DNA of 64,000 nt. Source: Nitriliruptoraceae bacterium (GTDB lineage: Bacteria; Actinomycetota; Nitriliruptoria; Nitriliruptorales; Nitriliruptoraceae). The notes under the pieces were generated by a model, which was not told the origin of the DNA, did no database searches, and was given only the letters and a program-made list of their open reading frames with translations. Both the position numbers and the translations under genes were made by a program. How positions within the stretch are numbered: the stretch's first letter is position 1; the number at the start of each line of letters is the position of its first letter. Below, one piece after another: positions 18,121 through 27,563 of this stretch. Where the stretch lies: the NCBI GenBank assembly GCA_007130695.1, contig SLRZ01000120.1:2408-66407 (forward strand). Direction: 5' to 3'.

Positions 18121-18268
18121 TCACAACGGGTGGTTGCGGGGTCATCTCGTCCGCCGCGGCACACTCCCCGCCGCTGTGGATCGTTGCGCCGGGTACCCGG
18201 CGCAACGAGGATGCCGGTCCGACCCGACGTGTGGACGCCCTCCCGGGCGCGTCGGGGACCCCTGGCGA

Positions 18269-20893
18269 GTGAGGCTGACGGTGGCGATCCCCCTGCATCT
18301 CGGGGTGCACGTGCTGGGGCTGGCGGTCGCCGCCGGCCTCACCACGATCGCGTTCACCGAACGCCGCGACCACCCGGGACGGCTGGGCATCGCCGTCGGT
18401 GGGCTGCTGCTGCTGCTCTCCCACCTCGTCACGGGCGCGCTGCTGGCCGAAGCGCACCAGTGGCCGCTCCTGCTGCGGACGGCCGGCTATGCGGCGCTGG
18501 CGGTGGGCGCGGCCGGGCGCCTGGCCGGCGGCGCGGCGGTCGTCGTCGCCGTGCCGCCGATCGCCCACCTCGCCGCGGCGCTGGCCGGCCTGGCCGCCGC
18601 GTTCGCCACGTCCCGCGGGGTGCTGGGTCGTGGTCGTGGGATCGTGCCCCTGGCCGCCGGCATCGTGCTGTGGGCCGGCGCGGACCTGTTCGTCGGCACC
18701 CGTCCCGGCCTCGCCGCGGCGCTGTCCGTGGCCGGGTCGTTGGCGGTCGGTTCCTGGGTGCTCGCCCGGGCGGCGGCGACCTCGCTCGCGGGCCGGTTCG
18801 TCGGGGCGGCACTGGCGGTGCTGCTGCTGCTGACCGTGGGCCTGGGCACCGCCAGCGGGGTGCTCTACACCACCGACCTGCGCGCCGAGCAGGCCGAACG
18901 ACTCGGGGCGATCGCCCAGACGCGCGCCACCGAGATCGGCGACGGCTGGCCACGCGAACTCGAGACCACGGCCTCCCTGCTGACGGGTGCCACCCTGACG
19001 GGCGCCGTGCAGGGCGCGGACGAGCCCGGGGACCTCGATGGGCGCGCCGCGGGTATCACGGCCCTGCCGGGCATCGACCTCGCCCTGGTGGTCGACGCCG
19101 AGGGCGGGCTCCTGGGCTCCGCGCGTGGGGAGGACGCCCTCGGCGGCGCCGACGTCGCGACCCTGGCCGGCGACCGCACGAGCGAAGTCGCCCTGGCCGG
19201 GGACACCGCGCGCGGCCTGGTCACCCTGGGCGATGGCGAACTGGTGGCGGTGGGCACGACCCCGGTCGCCACGGTGGACGACGACGGCGCCCTCGAACGC
19301 GACCGCACGCTGGGTGCACTGGTGGTCGGTCGCTTCCTGACCGCCGACGCGGTCGTCGCGTCGGTGGCCGCCGACACGGGCGCCGATGTCACCCTGCTGG
19401 TCGACGGACGCGCCGTCGCCTCCACGCTGCCGGCCGCCGCCGGGCCGGACGTCGCGGCGATCCGCACCAGCGGGGAAACCGAGATCGCGGGCGAGTCGCG
19501 GACGGTGGCCTCGGCCCCGCTGATCTCACCCGGCGGCACCGAACGCGCCGCGCTCGTGCTGGCGCTGCCGGCGGGGGCGGCGGCGGACGTGGCCGAGACC
19601 GCGACCCGCTCCACGTTCCTCGTGGCCACCCTGGGCCTGCTGGTCGCCGGTGGGCTGGCGGTCGCGGTCAGCCGGCGGGTCACCGGCCCGGTGCGCCGCC
19701 TGACCGACGCGGCCGAGCGCGTCGCCGGCGGCGACCTCTCCGCCCGGGTCGCCGTCGACCACCGTGGCGACGAGGTCGGCCGGCTGGCGGGTGCGTTCGA
19801 CGAGATGACGGTCGCGCTCGACGCCCGGGAGACCGACCTCAAGGAGTCGGCCCGCACCCAGGCCTCCCTGCGCGAACGGCTCGAGGCCGTCACCGCGTCG
19901 ATGGGGGAGGCGCTGCTCGCGGTCGACGGGCAGGGGCGGGTCACCCTGGCCAACCCGGCCGCCGGCGAACTGCTGGGTCTGCCGCCGTACCCGGTCGAGG
20001 GTCTGTCCGTCGAGCAGGCGCTGCGCGGCACCGCCGACGCCGGTTCCCCGCTGCTCGAGGCCGCCGGTTCCGCCGGATCGCGGCGGCCGGCCTCCGTCCG
20101 CGGCCTGTTGCCCGACGGGCGTGTGGTCGCGGTCACCGCGGCGCCGCTGCTGGACGAGGACGGTGGCCTCGGCCGCGTCTACGTCCTGCGCGACGTGACC
20201 TCACAGGTCGCCGCCGACCGGCTGCGGACCGAGATCGTGGCCAACGTCTCCCACGAATTGCGGACCCCGTTGACGCCGATCGTGGGCTACCTGGAACTGC
20301 TGCGTGGCCGGGAGTTGCCCCCCGAACAGGTGCGCGACTTCGCCGACCAGGGCGCGCAGGCGGCCGAGCGGCTGCAGAAGATCATCGAGAAGTTCATCGA
20401 TCTTGCCGATCTGGAGGCGGGGAACACCCCGGTGGAGATCGAGGAGGTCGCCGTGGGCACGCTGGTCACCGGCGCGATCGACCGGTGGACCCCGCACGTC
20501 GACGAGGGGCGTCTGCAGCGCCGTGTCCGGCGCGGTCTGCCGCCGGTCGCCGTCGACCCGCGGGTCGCCGCCCGGGTGCTCGACGAGCTGATCGAGAACG
20601 CCGCGAAGTTCTCCGACGGGCCCGTGCGCCTGCTCGCGGACCTCGACGGACAGGACACGGTGCGCCTGACGGTCCGCGACGGGGGGGCGGGCATCGACGC
20701 CGACGAGATCGAGCGGGTCCTGGCCGACTTCGAGCAGGCCGACGGGTCGGCGACGCGGAGCGTGGGCGGCCTCGGCCTCGGCCTGTCGATCGTGCAGCGC
20801 ATGCTCGCCCGTCTCGACGCCGAACTCGAGCTCGCCCCGGCGCCCCAGGGTGGGACCGACGCCACGCTCGTCCTGCGGGCGGTGACCTCGTGA
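18269..20893 (+). CDS. Polytopic sensor histidine kinase (about 6-7 N-terminal TM segments, large extracytoplasmic domain, HAMP, PAS, HisKA, HATPase)
   Basis: Start chosen at in-frame GTG 18269, where hydrophobic segments begin. HAMP (RRLTDAAERVAGGDLSARV...EVGRLAGAFDEM). H-box VSHELRTPLTPIVGY. G-box GGLGLGLSIV. No response regulator gene nearby. Confidence 0.85.
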   Translation: MRLTVAIPLHLGVHVLGLAVAAGLTTIAFTERRDHPGRLGIAVGGLLLLLSHLVTGALLAEAHQWPLLLRTAGYAALAVGAAGRLAGGAAVVVAVPPIAHLAAALAGLAAAFATSRGVLGRGRGIVPLAAGIVLWAGADLFVGTRPGLAAALSVAGSLAVGSWVLARAAATSLAGRFVGAALAVLLLLTVGLGTASGVLYTTDLRAEQAERLGAIAQTRATEIGDGWPRELETTASLLTGATLTGAVQGADEPGDLDGRAAGITALPGIDLALVVDAEGGLLGSARGEDALGGADVATLAGDRTSEVALAGDTARGLVTLGDGELVAVGTTPVATVDDDGALERDRTLGALVVGRFLTADAVVASVAADTGADVTLLVDGRAVASTLPAAAGPDVAAIRTSGETEIAGESRTVASAPLISPGGTERAALVLALPAGAAADVAETATRSTFLVATLGLLVAGGLAVAVSRRVTGPVRRLTDAAERVAGGDLSARVAVDHRGDEVGRLAGAFDEMTVALDARETDLKESARTQASLRERLEAVTASMGEALLAVDGQGRVTLANPAAGELLGLPPYPVEGLSVEQALRGTADAGSPLLEAAGSAGSRRPASVRGLLPDGRVVAVTAAPLLDEDGGLGRVYVLRDVTSQVAADRLRTEIVANVSHELRTPLTPIVGYLELLRGRELPPEQVRDFADQGAQAAERLQKIIEKFIDLADLEAGNTPVEIEEVAVGTLVTGAIDRWTPHVDEGRLQRRVRRGLPPVAVDPRVAARVLDELIENAAKFSDGPVRLLADLDGQDTVRLTVRDGGAGIDADEIERVLADFEQADGSATRSVGGLGLGLSIVQRMLARLDAELELAPAPQGGTDATLVLRAVTS

Positions 20894-22365
20894 CGGCCGT
20901 ACCGAGGTGGCTGCGCCCGGCCCTTCGGGGGGCCGGCGGTTGGGGCGTGGACGGCGAACGCTCGGCCGACCGGCTGCCGCGCGGCGGGGCCCGGGGCTCG
21001 GCGTGGATGGCCGTCGGCGCGCTGCTGGTGGGGCTGGTGGCCACCCCGTTCGGTGTCGACCTCACGGGATCGGACTTCGGACGGCTGGCCGACGGGCTGC
21101 TGCAGGTGCGCACGGCGGACGGCTGGGAGGACCTCGAGGCGCCTGCGACCGTGCCGGCCGGCGCAGAACTACGCGCCGGGCCGGACACCGCCCGCATCGA
21201 GGTCCCGGGTGCCGTGCTGCATCTGGCCGGCGGTGCCCAGCTGCTCGCCGAGGCCGGGGAGCCCCGCGTGCACCGCGGCAGCGTGCTGGTCGAGGCCGAC
21301 GAGGTGCAGCGGCTGCGTGTGGGGGCCACCACCGCCGAGGGACGGGGGCAGTGGCGGGTCGACGTCGGCGTTTCGAGCCGGATCGCGACCTATCGCGCGC
21401 GCCTCGACCTCGACGACGGTGCCTCGCAGCGGGAGGTCGGACGATTCCGCCAGGTGTCGGTCCGTGACGGCGGGCTCGAACCCGGACTGCGGTCGTTGCG
21501 CTATGACGGCGAGGACACCTGGGACGAGTGGCTGCTGGCGGACGCGCTGGCGGTGGACCGGCTGGCCGCGCGCCTGCACGGCACCCTCGGGCGCACCTAC
21601 GGCGCGAACCTGCGTGACGACGACTTCTACACCGCCTTCACGGCGGTCGACGGTGGCGATCTCGGTGGGGACCTGCGCGACCTCGCCGTCCGGGCCGACG
21701 GTGAACGGTTCGGGCCGCCCGCCGACGTGCTCGTCGGGCTGGTCACGGTCGACGCCCTGGCCGCCGGGGCCGGCCTGAGCCCCGGTGAGGCACTCGAGCG
21801 GGCGGTGCGCCTGCGGCGTGCCGGCGCCACCTGGGGGCTGGTCCTCGTCGAACACGACCTGGGTGCCTCGGCCCTGCGTGAGGCCACGGACCGCGCGTTG
21901 CAGCAGGTCGAACTGACACCGCCGCCCGAGCCCGAGGAACCCCCCGGCGAGGCCGACGGAACGATCGTGCCCGTCGACGCCGACGAGTCCACCCCGGCGC
22001 CGGGTGAGGCGGACGGGGAGCCCACAGCCGATCCGGCCCCCGCCCCGGCCCCCTCGCCGACCCCTGCCCCCGAGCCGGACGGGGACGACCCGGACGGCAC
22101 CGGCACGCTCGACCCGGTCGACGAGGTGATCCGGGACACCGGCGACACCGTCGGTGACTTGGTCGAGGACACGGGCGACACCGTCGGCGGGCTGGTCGAG
22201 GACACCGGCGGCACGGTGGGTGACGTCCTGCAGGACACCACCGACGGGCTCGGTGACACCGTCGGTGACGTCGGCTCCCTGTTGGACGGTCAGGGAGGGG
22301 CGGGGGCCTCGGGCTCCGGCGGCGACTCCGACGGGTCCGACGGCGGGGGACTGCTGGATCGCTGA
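20890..22365 (+). CDS. Single-pass membrane protein with a FecR-like domain, Pro-rich linker and C-terminal DTGDTVG repeats
   Basis: GTG 20890 overlaps the kinase stop (GTGA). TM AWMAVGALLVGLVATPF. FecR-like beta-rich block (AELRAGPDTARIEVPGAVLHLAGGAQL...GSVLVEAD). Alternative start ATG 21006. Confidence 0.65.
   Translation: MTAVPRWLRPALRGAGGWGVDGERSADRLPRGGARGSAWMAVGALLVGLVATPFGVDLTGSDFGRLADGLLQVRTADGWEDLEAPATVPAGAELRAGPDTARIEVPGAVLHLAGGAQLLAEAGEPRVHRGSVLVEADEVQRLRVGATTAEGRGQWRVDVGVSSRIATYRARLDLDDGASQREVGRFRQVSVRDGGLEPGLRSLRYDGEDTWDEWLLADALAVDRLAARLHGTLGRTYGANLRDDDFYTAFTAVDGGDLGGDLRDLAVRADGERFGPPADVLVGLVTVDALAAGAGLSPGEALERAVRLRRAGATWGLVLVEHDLGASALREATDRALQQVELTPPPEPEEPPGEADGTIVPVDADESTPAPGEADGEPTADPAPAPAPSPTPAPEPDGDDPDGTGTLDPVDEVIRDTGDTVGDLVEDTGDTVGGLVEDTGGTVGDVLQDTTDGLGDTVGDVGSLLDGQGGAGASGSGGDSDGSDGGGLLDR
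22135..22233 (+). repeat. Three tandem 33-bp in-frame repeats (DTGDTVGxLVE), with a degenerate fourth unit to about 22290
   Basis: Units start at 22135, 22168 and 22201: gacaccggcgacaccgtcggtgacttggtcgag / gacacgggcgacaccgtcggcgggctggtcgag / gacaccggcggcacggtgggtgacgtcctgcag. Confidence 0.8.
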
Positions 22366-22539
22366 CGACGGCGAGTGCTGCCCGGAGGGGCGCTGACGTG
22401 ATAGCGGGCGCCTGTCGGGTCACCGACCACGGCTGTTTGGCCGGGTCGAGGCCCCCGTCGCTACCCTCGGCACTTCCTCGCGAACGGCGACCCTGCTTCA
22501 GGTGGAGGCGAGGGCGTCGCGCATGCCGAAAGGGCCAAC

Positions 22540-25494
22540 GTGGGTGACCTGCTGCGACGCAGGCTGGGGACCGTGGTGCTCCTCGGAGTGCTGCTGGTGC
22601 TGTTCAGTGCCAACCGGATCGCGAACTTCACGACCGATCTGTGGTGGTACACCGAACGCGGGTTCCGCGAGGTGTTCCTCGGCGTGCTCGGGGCACAGAT
22701 CCTGGTCGGCGTGGTCGCCGGGCTGCTGTTGGCCGCGCTGGTGGCCGGCAACCTGCTGGTCGCGCGGCGGCTGCGTCCGTTCACGGTGCCCTCGACCCCG
22801 GAACAGGCCCAGATCCAGCGCTACCGCGAGATGGCCGACCCGTACCTGCCGCTGCTGATCATCGGGGTCGCGGTCGTGTTCGGGCTCACCTCCGGGGTCG
22901 CGGTCAGTGCGCAGTGGGAGTCCTTCCTGCTGTTCATGAACGGCCACGAGGTCGGCGTCACCGACCCGCAGTTCGGCACCGACGTCGGCTTCTACCTCTT
23001 CCAGCTGCCGTTCCTGAGCTTCCTGCAGACCTGGTTGTTCACCTCGCTGATCCTGGTGGCGCTGCTGTCGGCCGGGGCGCACTACCTGCTCGGGGGTATC
23101 CGCCCGGAGGCCGAGACCGAGAAGGTCCTGCCGAGCGTCAAGACCCACCTGGCCATCCTGCTGGTCGCGATCCTGGCTGTCCGGGCCTGGGGCTACTGGC
23201 TGGACCGCTACCAGCTGCTGTACTCCGAGCGCGGACCGACCACCGGTGCGGCCTACACGGACATCAACGCCGAACTCCCGGCCCTCTACCTGCTGCTCGG
23301 CGTCAGCGTCATCGCGATCGTGCTGGTCCTGGCCGCGATCCGGCGCAGTGGCTACCTGCTGCCCGGTGCCGCCGTCGCCCTGCTGGTCGTGGCCTCGATC
23401 GTGCTGCAGGGGATCTACCCGGCGGCGATCCAGCGCCTGCAGGTCGACCCGCAGGAGCTCTCCCGCGAGCGCGAGTTCATCACCCGCAACCTCGACGCGA
23501 CCCGCGAGGCCTACGCCCTCGAGGAGGTCGAGCTCGAGCGCTTCAGCGTCGCCAACGACCTCGACGAGGCCGACGTCATCGACAACGACGTCACCCTGCG
23601 CAACGTCCGTCTGTGGGATCCGGACGTGCTCGAGACCACCTACGGCGAACTGCAGGCGCTGCGGCCCTACTACCGCTTCTTCGACGTGGACATCGACCGC
23701 TACGAGGTCGACGGCGAGCTTCGCCAGGTGATGCTGGCCACCCGAGAGCTCTCCGAGCTGCCCTCGGGCGTGGACACCTGGCAGAACCGCCACATCACCT
23801 ACACCCACGGCTACGGGATCGTGACCAGCCAGGTCAACACGGCCAGCCCGGAGGGCCAGCCGGTCTTCCTCTCCCGCGACATCCCCCCGACCGGTGAGGA
23901 GGAGGTCGTGCCGTCCGAGGAGCCGGGTGTCTACTTCGGTGAATTCCGCACCCCGGTGTACTCGCTGGTGCGTACGGACGCCGACGAGCTCGACTTCGAG
24001 GACCCCGACACCCTCGACCAGGTCACCACCGAGTACGACGGCACCGGCGGCGTCCTGATCAACAGTGTCGCCCGCCGCATGGCGTTCACCCTGCGGTTCA
24101 ACGACTACAACCTGATGCTCACCGGGCTGCTCAACGACGAGTCGCGGATCCTGATGCACCGCAACGTCCGCGACCGGGTGGCGCAGGTTGCGCCGTTCCT
24201 GCGGCTCGACGGCGACCCCTACCCGGTGGTCGCCGACGGTGACGACATCAACTGGGTCGTGGACGCCTACACGACCTCCAACTGGTATCCGTACTCGCAG
24301 CGGGAAACCCTGGTCACCGACGGTGAGCGCCATCCGGTCAACTACGCGCGCAACAGCGTCAAGGTCGTCGTCAACGCCCACTCGGGGGAGATGACCCTCT
24401 ACCGCGTCGAGGACGACGACCCGGTGCTCGACGCCTGGGAGCGGGTGTTCCCGGACCTGTTCACGCCCGTGGAGGAGGCCGAGACCGAGGTGGCGCGCCA
24501 CTTCCGCTACCCGCAGGACCTCTTCCGCCTCCAGGCCGACCTCTACACCCGGTACCACATCCCCGAGGCCGACGCCTTCTACAACCGGGCCGACGAGTGG
24601 GACATCCCCGCCGACCCGGCCTGGGCCGCCAACCAGGGCGGCGGTGGCGACCAGCTCACCGCGGGCCAGCAGCGTCCGCTCGAGCCCTACTACCTGCTGA
24701 TGCGTCTGCCGGGCGAGACCGACGAGGAATTCGTCCTCATCCAGCCCTACCTCGCCCGTGAACGGCCCAACATGGTCGCCTGGCTCGCGGGCCGCAGTGA
24801 CCCCGGGCACCTCAACGACCTGTTCGCGGTGCAGTTCCCGTCGAACCAGACGATCCTGGGGCCCATGCAGGCCCAGGCCCGTATCGAGCAGGACGACGAC
24901 ATCGCCGCCTACATCACCCTGCGGTCCCAGCAGGGTTCGCGGGTGATCCGCGGCAACCTGCAGGTCCTGCCGATCGCGGACTCGATCCTCTACGTCGAGC
25001 CGCTGTTCCTCGAGAACCCCGAGGCCCGCATCCCGGAGCTCTCGCGGGTGGCGCTGGTGATGGGTGAGCGCACCGCGTTCGACCGCACCTTCGCCGGGGC
25101 GCTCGGCCAGCTGCTGGGCATCGAGGTGCCGGACGTCATCGAGGAGGACGAGGCCCGCGAGGCCATCGACGACCCGCTCGAGGACGACTCGCCGGATCCC
25201 GACGCCGATCCGGACGAGGCGCCGGAACCCGACGAGGACGAGGAGCCGGAGGACCTCACGGAGTCGCAGGAGCTGCTGCGCGACGCGCTGGCGGCCTTCG
25301 CCCGCGCGGAGGAGGCGCTGCGTCAGGGCGACCTCGCCACCTACGAGTCGGAGATCGCCCAGGCCCGCGAGCTGATCGAGCAGGCCGCGGACGCCGAGGG
25401 CGCCACCATCGACGAACTGGTCGAGGACGCCGCGGCGGAGAACGACGACGCCGCCCAGACCGACCAGGACCTGCTGGAGGAGGGCGAGGGCTGA
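22540..25494 (+). CDS. UPF0182 family large integral membrane protein
   Basis: N-terminus LFSANRIANFTTDLWWYTERGFREVF and overall architecture (984 aa, acidic tail) match the UPF0182 family (Rv3193c-like, from memory). Confidence 0.9.
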   Translation: MGDLLRRRLGTVVLLGVLLVLFSANRIANFTTDLWWYTERGFREVFLGVLGAQILVGVVAGLLLAALVAGNLLVARRLRPFTVPSTPEQAQIQRYREMADPYLPLLIIGVAVVFGLTSGVAVSAQWESFLLFMNGHEVGVTDPQFGTDVGFYLFQLPFLSFLQTWLFTSLILVALLSAGAHYLLGGIRPEAETEKVLPSVKTHLAILLVAILAVRAWGYWLDRYQLLYSERGPTTGAAYTDINAELPALYLLLGVSVIAIVLVLAAIRRSGYLLPGAAVALLVVASIVLQGIYPAAIQRLQVDPQELSREREFITRNLDATREAYALEEVELERFSVANDLDEADVIDNDVTLRNVRLWDPDVLETTYGELQALRPYYRFFDVDIDRYEVDGELRQVMLATRELSELPSGVDTWQNRHITYTHGYGIVTSQVNTASPEGQPVFLSRDIPPTGEEEVVPSEEPGVYFGEFRTPVYSLVRTDADELDFEDPDTLDQVTTEYDGTGGVLINSVARRMAFTLRFNDYNLMLTGLLNDESRILMHRNVRDRVAQVAPFLRLDGDPYPVVADGDDINWVVDAYTTSNWYPYSQRETLVTDGERHPVNYARNSVKVVVNAHSGEMTLYRVEDDDPVLDAWERVFPDLFTPVEEAETEVARHFRYPQDLFRLQADLYTRYHIPEADAFYNRADEWDIPADPAWAANQGGGGDQLTAGQQRPLEPYYLLMRLPGETDEEFVLIQPYLARERPNMVAWLAGRSDPGHLNDLFAVQFPSNQTILGPMQAQARIEQDDDIAAYITLRSQQGSRVIRGNLQVLPIADSILYVEPLFLENPEARIPELSRVALVMGERTAFDRTFAGALGQLLGIEVPDVIEEDEAREAIDDPLEDDSPDPDADPDEAPEPDEDEEPEDLTESQELLRDALAAFARAEEALRQGDLATYESEIAQARELIEQAADAEGATIDELVEDAAAENDDAAQTDQDLLEEGEG

Positions 25495-25516
25495 GCCTCG
25501 CCAGGACATCGACGAC

Positions 25517-25544
25517 GGGGCCCGGCCGGGGAGCGGCGGGCCCC
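25517..25544. terminator. Hairpin between convergent UPF0182 and esterase genes
   Basis: GGGGCCCG-12 nt-CGGGCCCC, perfect 8-bp stem. Confidence 0.5.
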
Positions 25545-25588
25545 GTCTCTCGTTCGCCGGCCGCGACCGGGCGTGGCCGTTGTCGCCG

Positions 25589-26539
25589 TCAGGTCAGGTG
25601 GTGGCGCAACTCCTGGACGATCTCGGCGAGGGCCTGCCCGGCGGTCGACCGCACGATCCCCGGGGCGTTGACGTAGCCGTGCGGGACGCCGAGGTACTGC
25701 GTGTAGCGCACCGGTACGCCGGCGTCCCGCAGTACCTCGGCGTAGCGGCGCCCGTCGTCGAGCAGCGGGTCGTGTTCCGCGGTCTGGATCAGCGCCGGCG
25801 GCAGGCCGGTGTGGTCGTCCGCGTGTAGTGGGGAGATGCGGGGGTCGGTGGGGTCGGCGTCACCGAGGTAGTGGCCGAGGAACGCGACGATGTCGTCCCG
25901 GGTGAGCAGCAGCGCGTCCGCGTTGCGTGCGATCGACGGGGAGCTCAGCGTCGCATCGGTGCTGGGATAGATCAGCACCTGATGACGCAGGGCCGGGCCC
26001 TGCGAGCGGCGGAGCTGGGCGACCACGGCGGCGAGGTTGCCGCCGGCGCTGTCGCCCATGACCGCGATCCGGTCAGGGTCGCCGCCGAGCTCATCGGCGC
26101 GGTGCCCCACCCAACGGGTGGCGGCGAGGCACTCGTCGACCGCGCCGGGAAACGGATGCTCGGGTGCGAGGCAGTAGTCGACGGACACCACCAGTGCCCC
26201 GACGCCGTCCGAGACGTGGCTGCACAGCCAGTCGGCGGAGTCGAGGTCACCGAGCACCCAGCCGCCGCCGTGGAAGTGGATGACCACGGGCAGCGGGCCC
26301 CGGTGCCCGGTCGGTCGGTAGGTCCGCACCGGCAGATAGCCGGCGTCGGTTGCCAGGACCCGATCGGCGCTCTCCACCCCGGCCGCAGGCCGCCCGGTGA
26401 CCGCCAGGGTGACGGCGTTTCGGGGGATGCCCTGCCGTCGGCGAGCCTTGATGTCGTCCAGCGACATCTTGGCGATACTGGTCTTGGGCAGCCGCTTCAG
26501 GGCTCCGCCGACCACACGGGTCGCGAGGTTGAGTCGCAC
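25589..26539 (-). CDS. Alpha/beta hydrolase, hormone-sensitive-lipase-type esterase
   Basis: HFHGGGWVLG oxyanion motif and GDSAGGNLA nucleophile elbow. Start set at GTG 26539 (GGAAGG 8 nt upstream). ATG 26638 is also possible. The longer ORF to 26731 runs antisense through the tRNA. Confidence 0.8.
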   Translation of the reverse strand: MRLNLATRVVGGALKRLPKTSIAKMSLDDIKARRRQGIPRNAVTLAVTGRPAAGVESADRVLATDAGYLPVRTYRPTGHRGPLPVVIHFHGGGWVLGDLDSADWLCSHVSDGVGALVVSVDYCLAPEHPFPGAVDECLAATRWVGHRADELGGDPDRIAVMGDSAGGNLAAVVAQLRRSQGPALRHQVLIYPSTDATLSSPSIARNADALLLTRDDIVAFLGHYLGDADPTDPRISPLHADDHTGLPPALIQTAEHDPLLDDGRRYAEVLRDAGVPVRYTQYLGVPHGYVNAPGIVRSTAGQALAEIVQELRHHLT

Positions 26540-26671
26540 GTGTCGGGCCTTCCGGGGGCGTCGCGGCGAGGCGTGAGCGTAGAGGCGGATCGACGCCGCC
26601 CTTCCCGCCGCGCGGGCTCGTGATCCCGGATTGGCCATCGGCGTGGCTGCTGGGTACCTTGCGCGCATCGC

Positions 26672-26749
26672 CGCGGGGTGGAGCAGTTCGGTCAGCTCGC
26701 CGGGCTCATAACCCGGAGGTCGCAGGTTCAAATCCTGCCCCCGCTACCA
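26672..26749 (+). tRNA. Initiator tRNA-Met (tRNA-fMet), anticodon CAT at 26707-26709, CCA encoded
   Basis: CGCGGGG-TG-GAGC-AGTTCGGTCA-GCTC-G-CCGGG-CTCATAA-CCCGG-AGGTC-GCAGG-TTCAAAT-CCTGC-CCCCGCT-ACCA. Three G:C pairs close the anticodon stem and there is a C1xU72 mismatch; both are initiator hallmarks. Confidence 0.95.
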
Positions 26750-26771
26750 AACCGGAGAAGTCCGTCGCGAA

Positions 26772-26796
26772 GGCCCGGCTCTTGCCGGGTCTTTTG
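26772..26796 (+). terminator. Rho-independent terminator after the tRNA
   Basis: GGCCCGGC-tctt-GCCGGGTC followed by TTTT. Confidence 0.6.
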
Positions 26797-26955
26797 CGTC
26801 GTGGCCCGCTCGAACTCCTGTCAACGACTGTGTTCTCTCGACTCATCTTCATTGGCGACTGCCTGAGGTCGATTGCCACGCTTTCGAAGTCGACTACTGC
26901 GCGACGTCCGCCTGGACGAGCCGGGGGCGGACCGACGGTGACCTACGCTCGTGCC

Positions 26956-27351
26956 ATGGCCGAGATGATGATGCGAGACCAGAGCCTGGCCGGGCACGTG
27001 CTCGGCGGTACCCGGGTTGCCGACCTGCCCGAGGAGGTCAGCGTCCGCGACGTGGTCCGTACCCGCATCCGTGACGAGGTGGCGGCCTACAACACCGATC
27101 CCGGTCCGGTGTTCCGAGGTCTCGTGCAGCCGGCGGACGCGGTCCGCCACAGGGACGGGTTCCGGATGCGTGAGCCCCGCCCGCTCGTCGCGCAGCTGCT
27201 GATCGCGGCCGCGGAGGAAGCAGCCGGCCTCGGGCTGTTGCGGCTACGTCTCGACGATCGGCCGGTGGCCCTCGACGAGCTGATCGCCCCGGCCGACCAC
27301 GACGAGCTCATCGCCGTACTCGACCGGTCGGTCGTCGCCAGCGACTCCTGA
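26956..27351 (+). CDS. Hypothetical protein (131 aa)
   Basis: Only long open frame here. ATG 26956 (alternative GTG 26938). No recognisable motif. GC is lower than in flanking core genes. Confidence 0.5.
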   Translation: MAEMMMRDQSLAGHVLGGTRVADLPEEVSVRDVVRTRIRDEVAAYNTDPGPVFRGLVQPADAVRHRDGFRMREPRPLVAQLLIAAAEEAAGLGLLRLRLDDRPVALDELIAPADHDELIAVLDRSVVASDS

Positions 27352-27563
27352 CCGACGCGAACACGCGAATTATCTCGATCACCGCCGGCGTGACCATGTG
27401 CGGGTCGGCACCGGGACGGTCGCGCGCGAATTCACGGTTCTGAGCGGCGTATGTATGGCTCACCGGCCCTCTGCGCTCGGACCACAGCATCGGGCGATAC
27501 CACGGGAGCTCCCCTTCGTTGGGGAGAGCGTCGAAGTGTTCTGTTGCTGATGGGTGGGGCGGA

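Noticed and set aside
22498-25509. 1003-aa minus-strand ORF antisense to UPF0182, and similar giants (10844..13516 +, 14354..16336 -, 18130..20889 +, 46767..48812 -, 35799..37079 +, 37197..38829 +)
   Set aside because: All overlap genes with clear family motifs on the other strand or frame. Their translations are Arg/Pro/Gly/Ala-rich low-complexity strings, typical of stop-poor off-frames in high-GC DNA.
26540-26731. N-terminal extension of the esterase ORF (MNLRPPGYEPGELTELLHPA...)
   Set aside because: This stretch is the reverse complement of the tRNA-fMet gene. A start at GTG 26539 (or ATG 26638) gives a normal-length HSL-type esterase.
27352-27563. Short ORFs (15 and 38 codons) in the low-GC spacer between the 131-aa protein and the lipoprotein gene
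   Set aside because: No ribosome-binding sites, poor GC3 bias and implausible sequences. The spacer is probably promoter/leader DNA.
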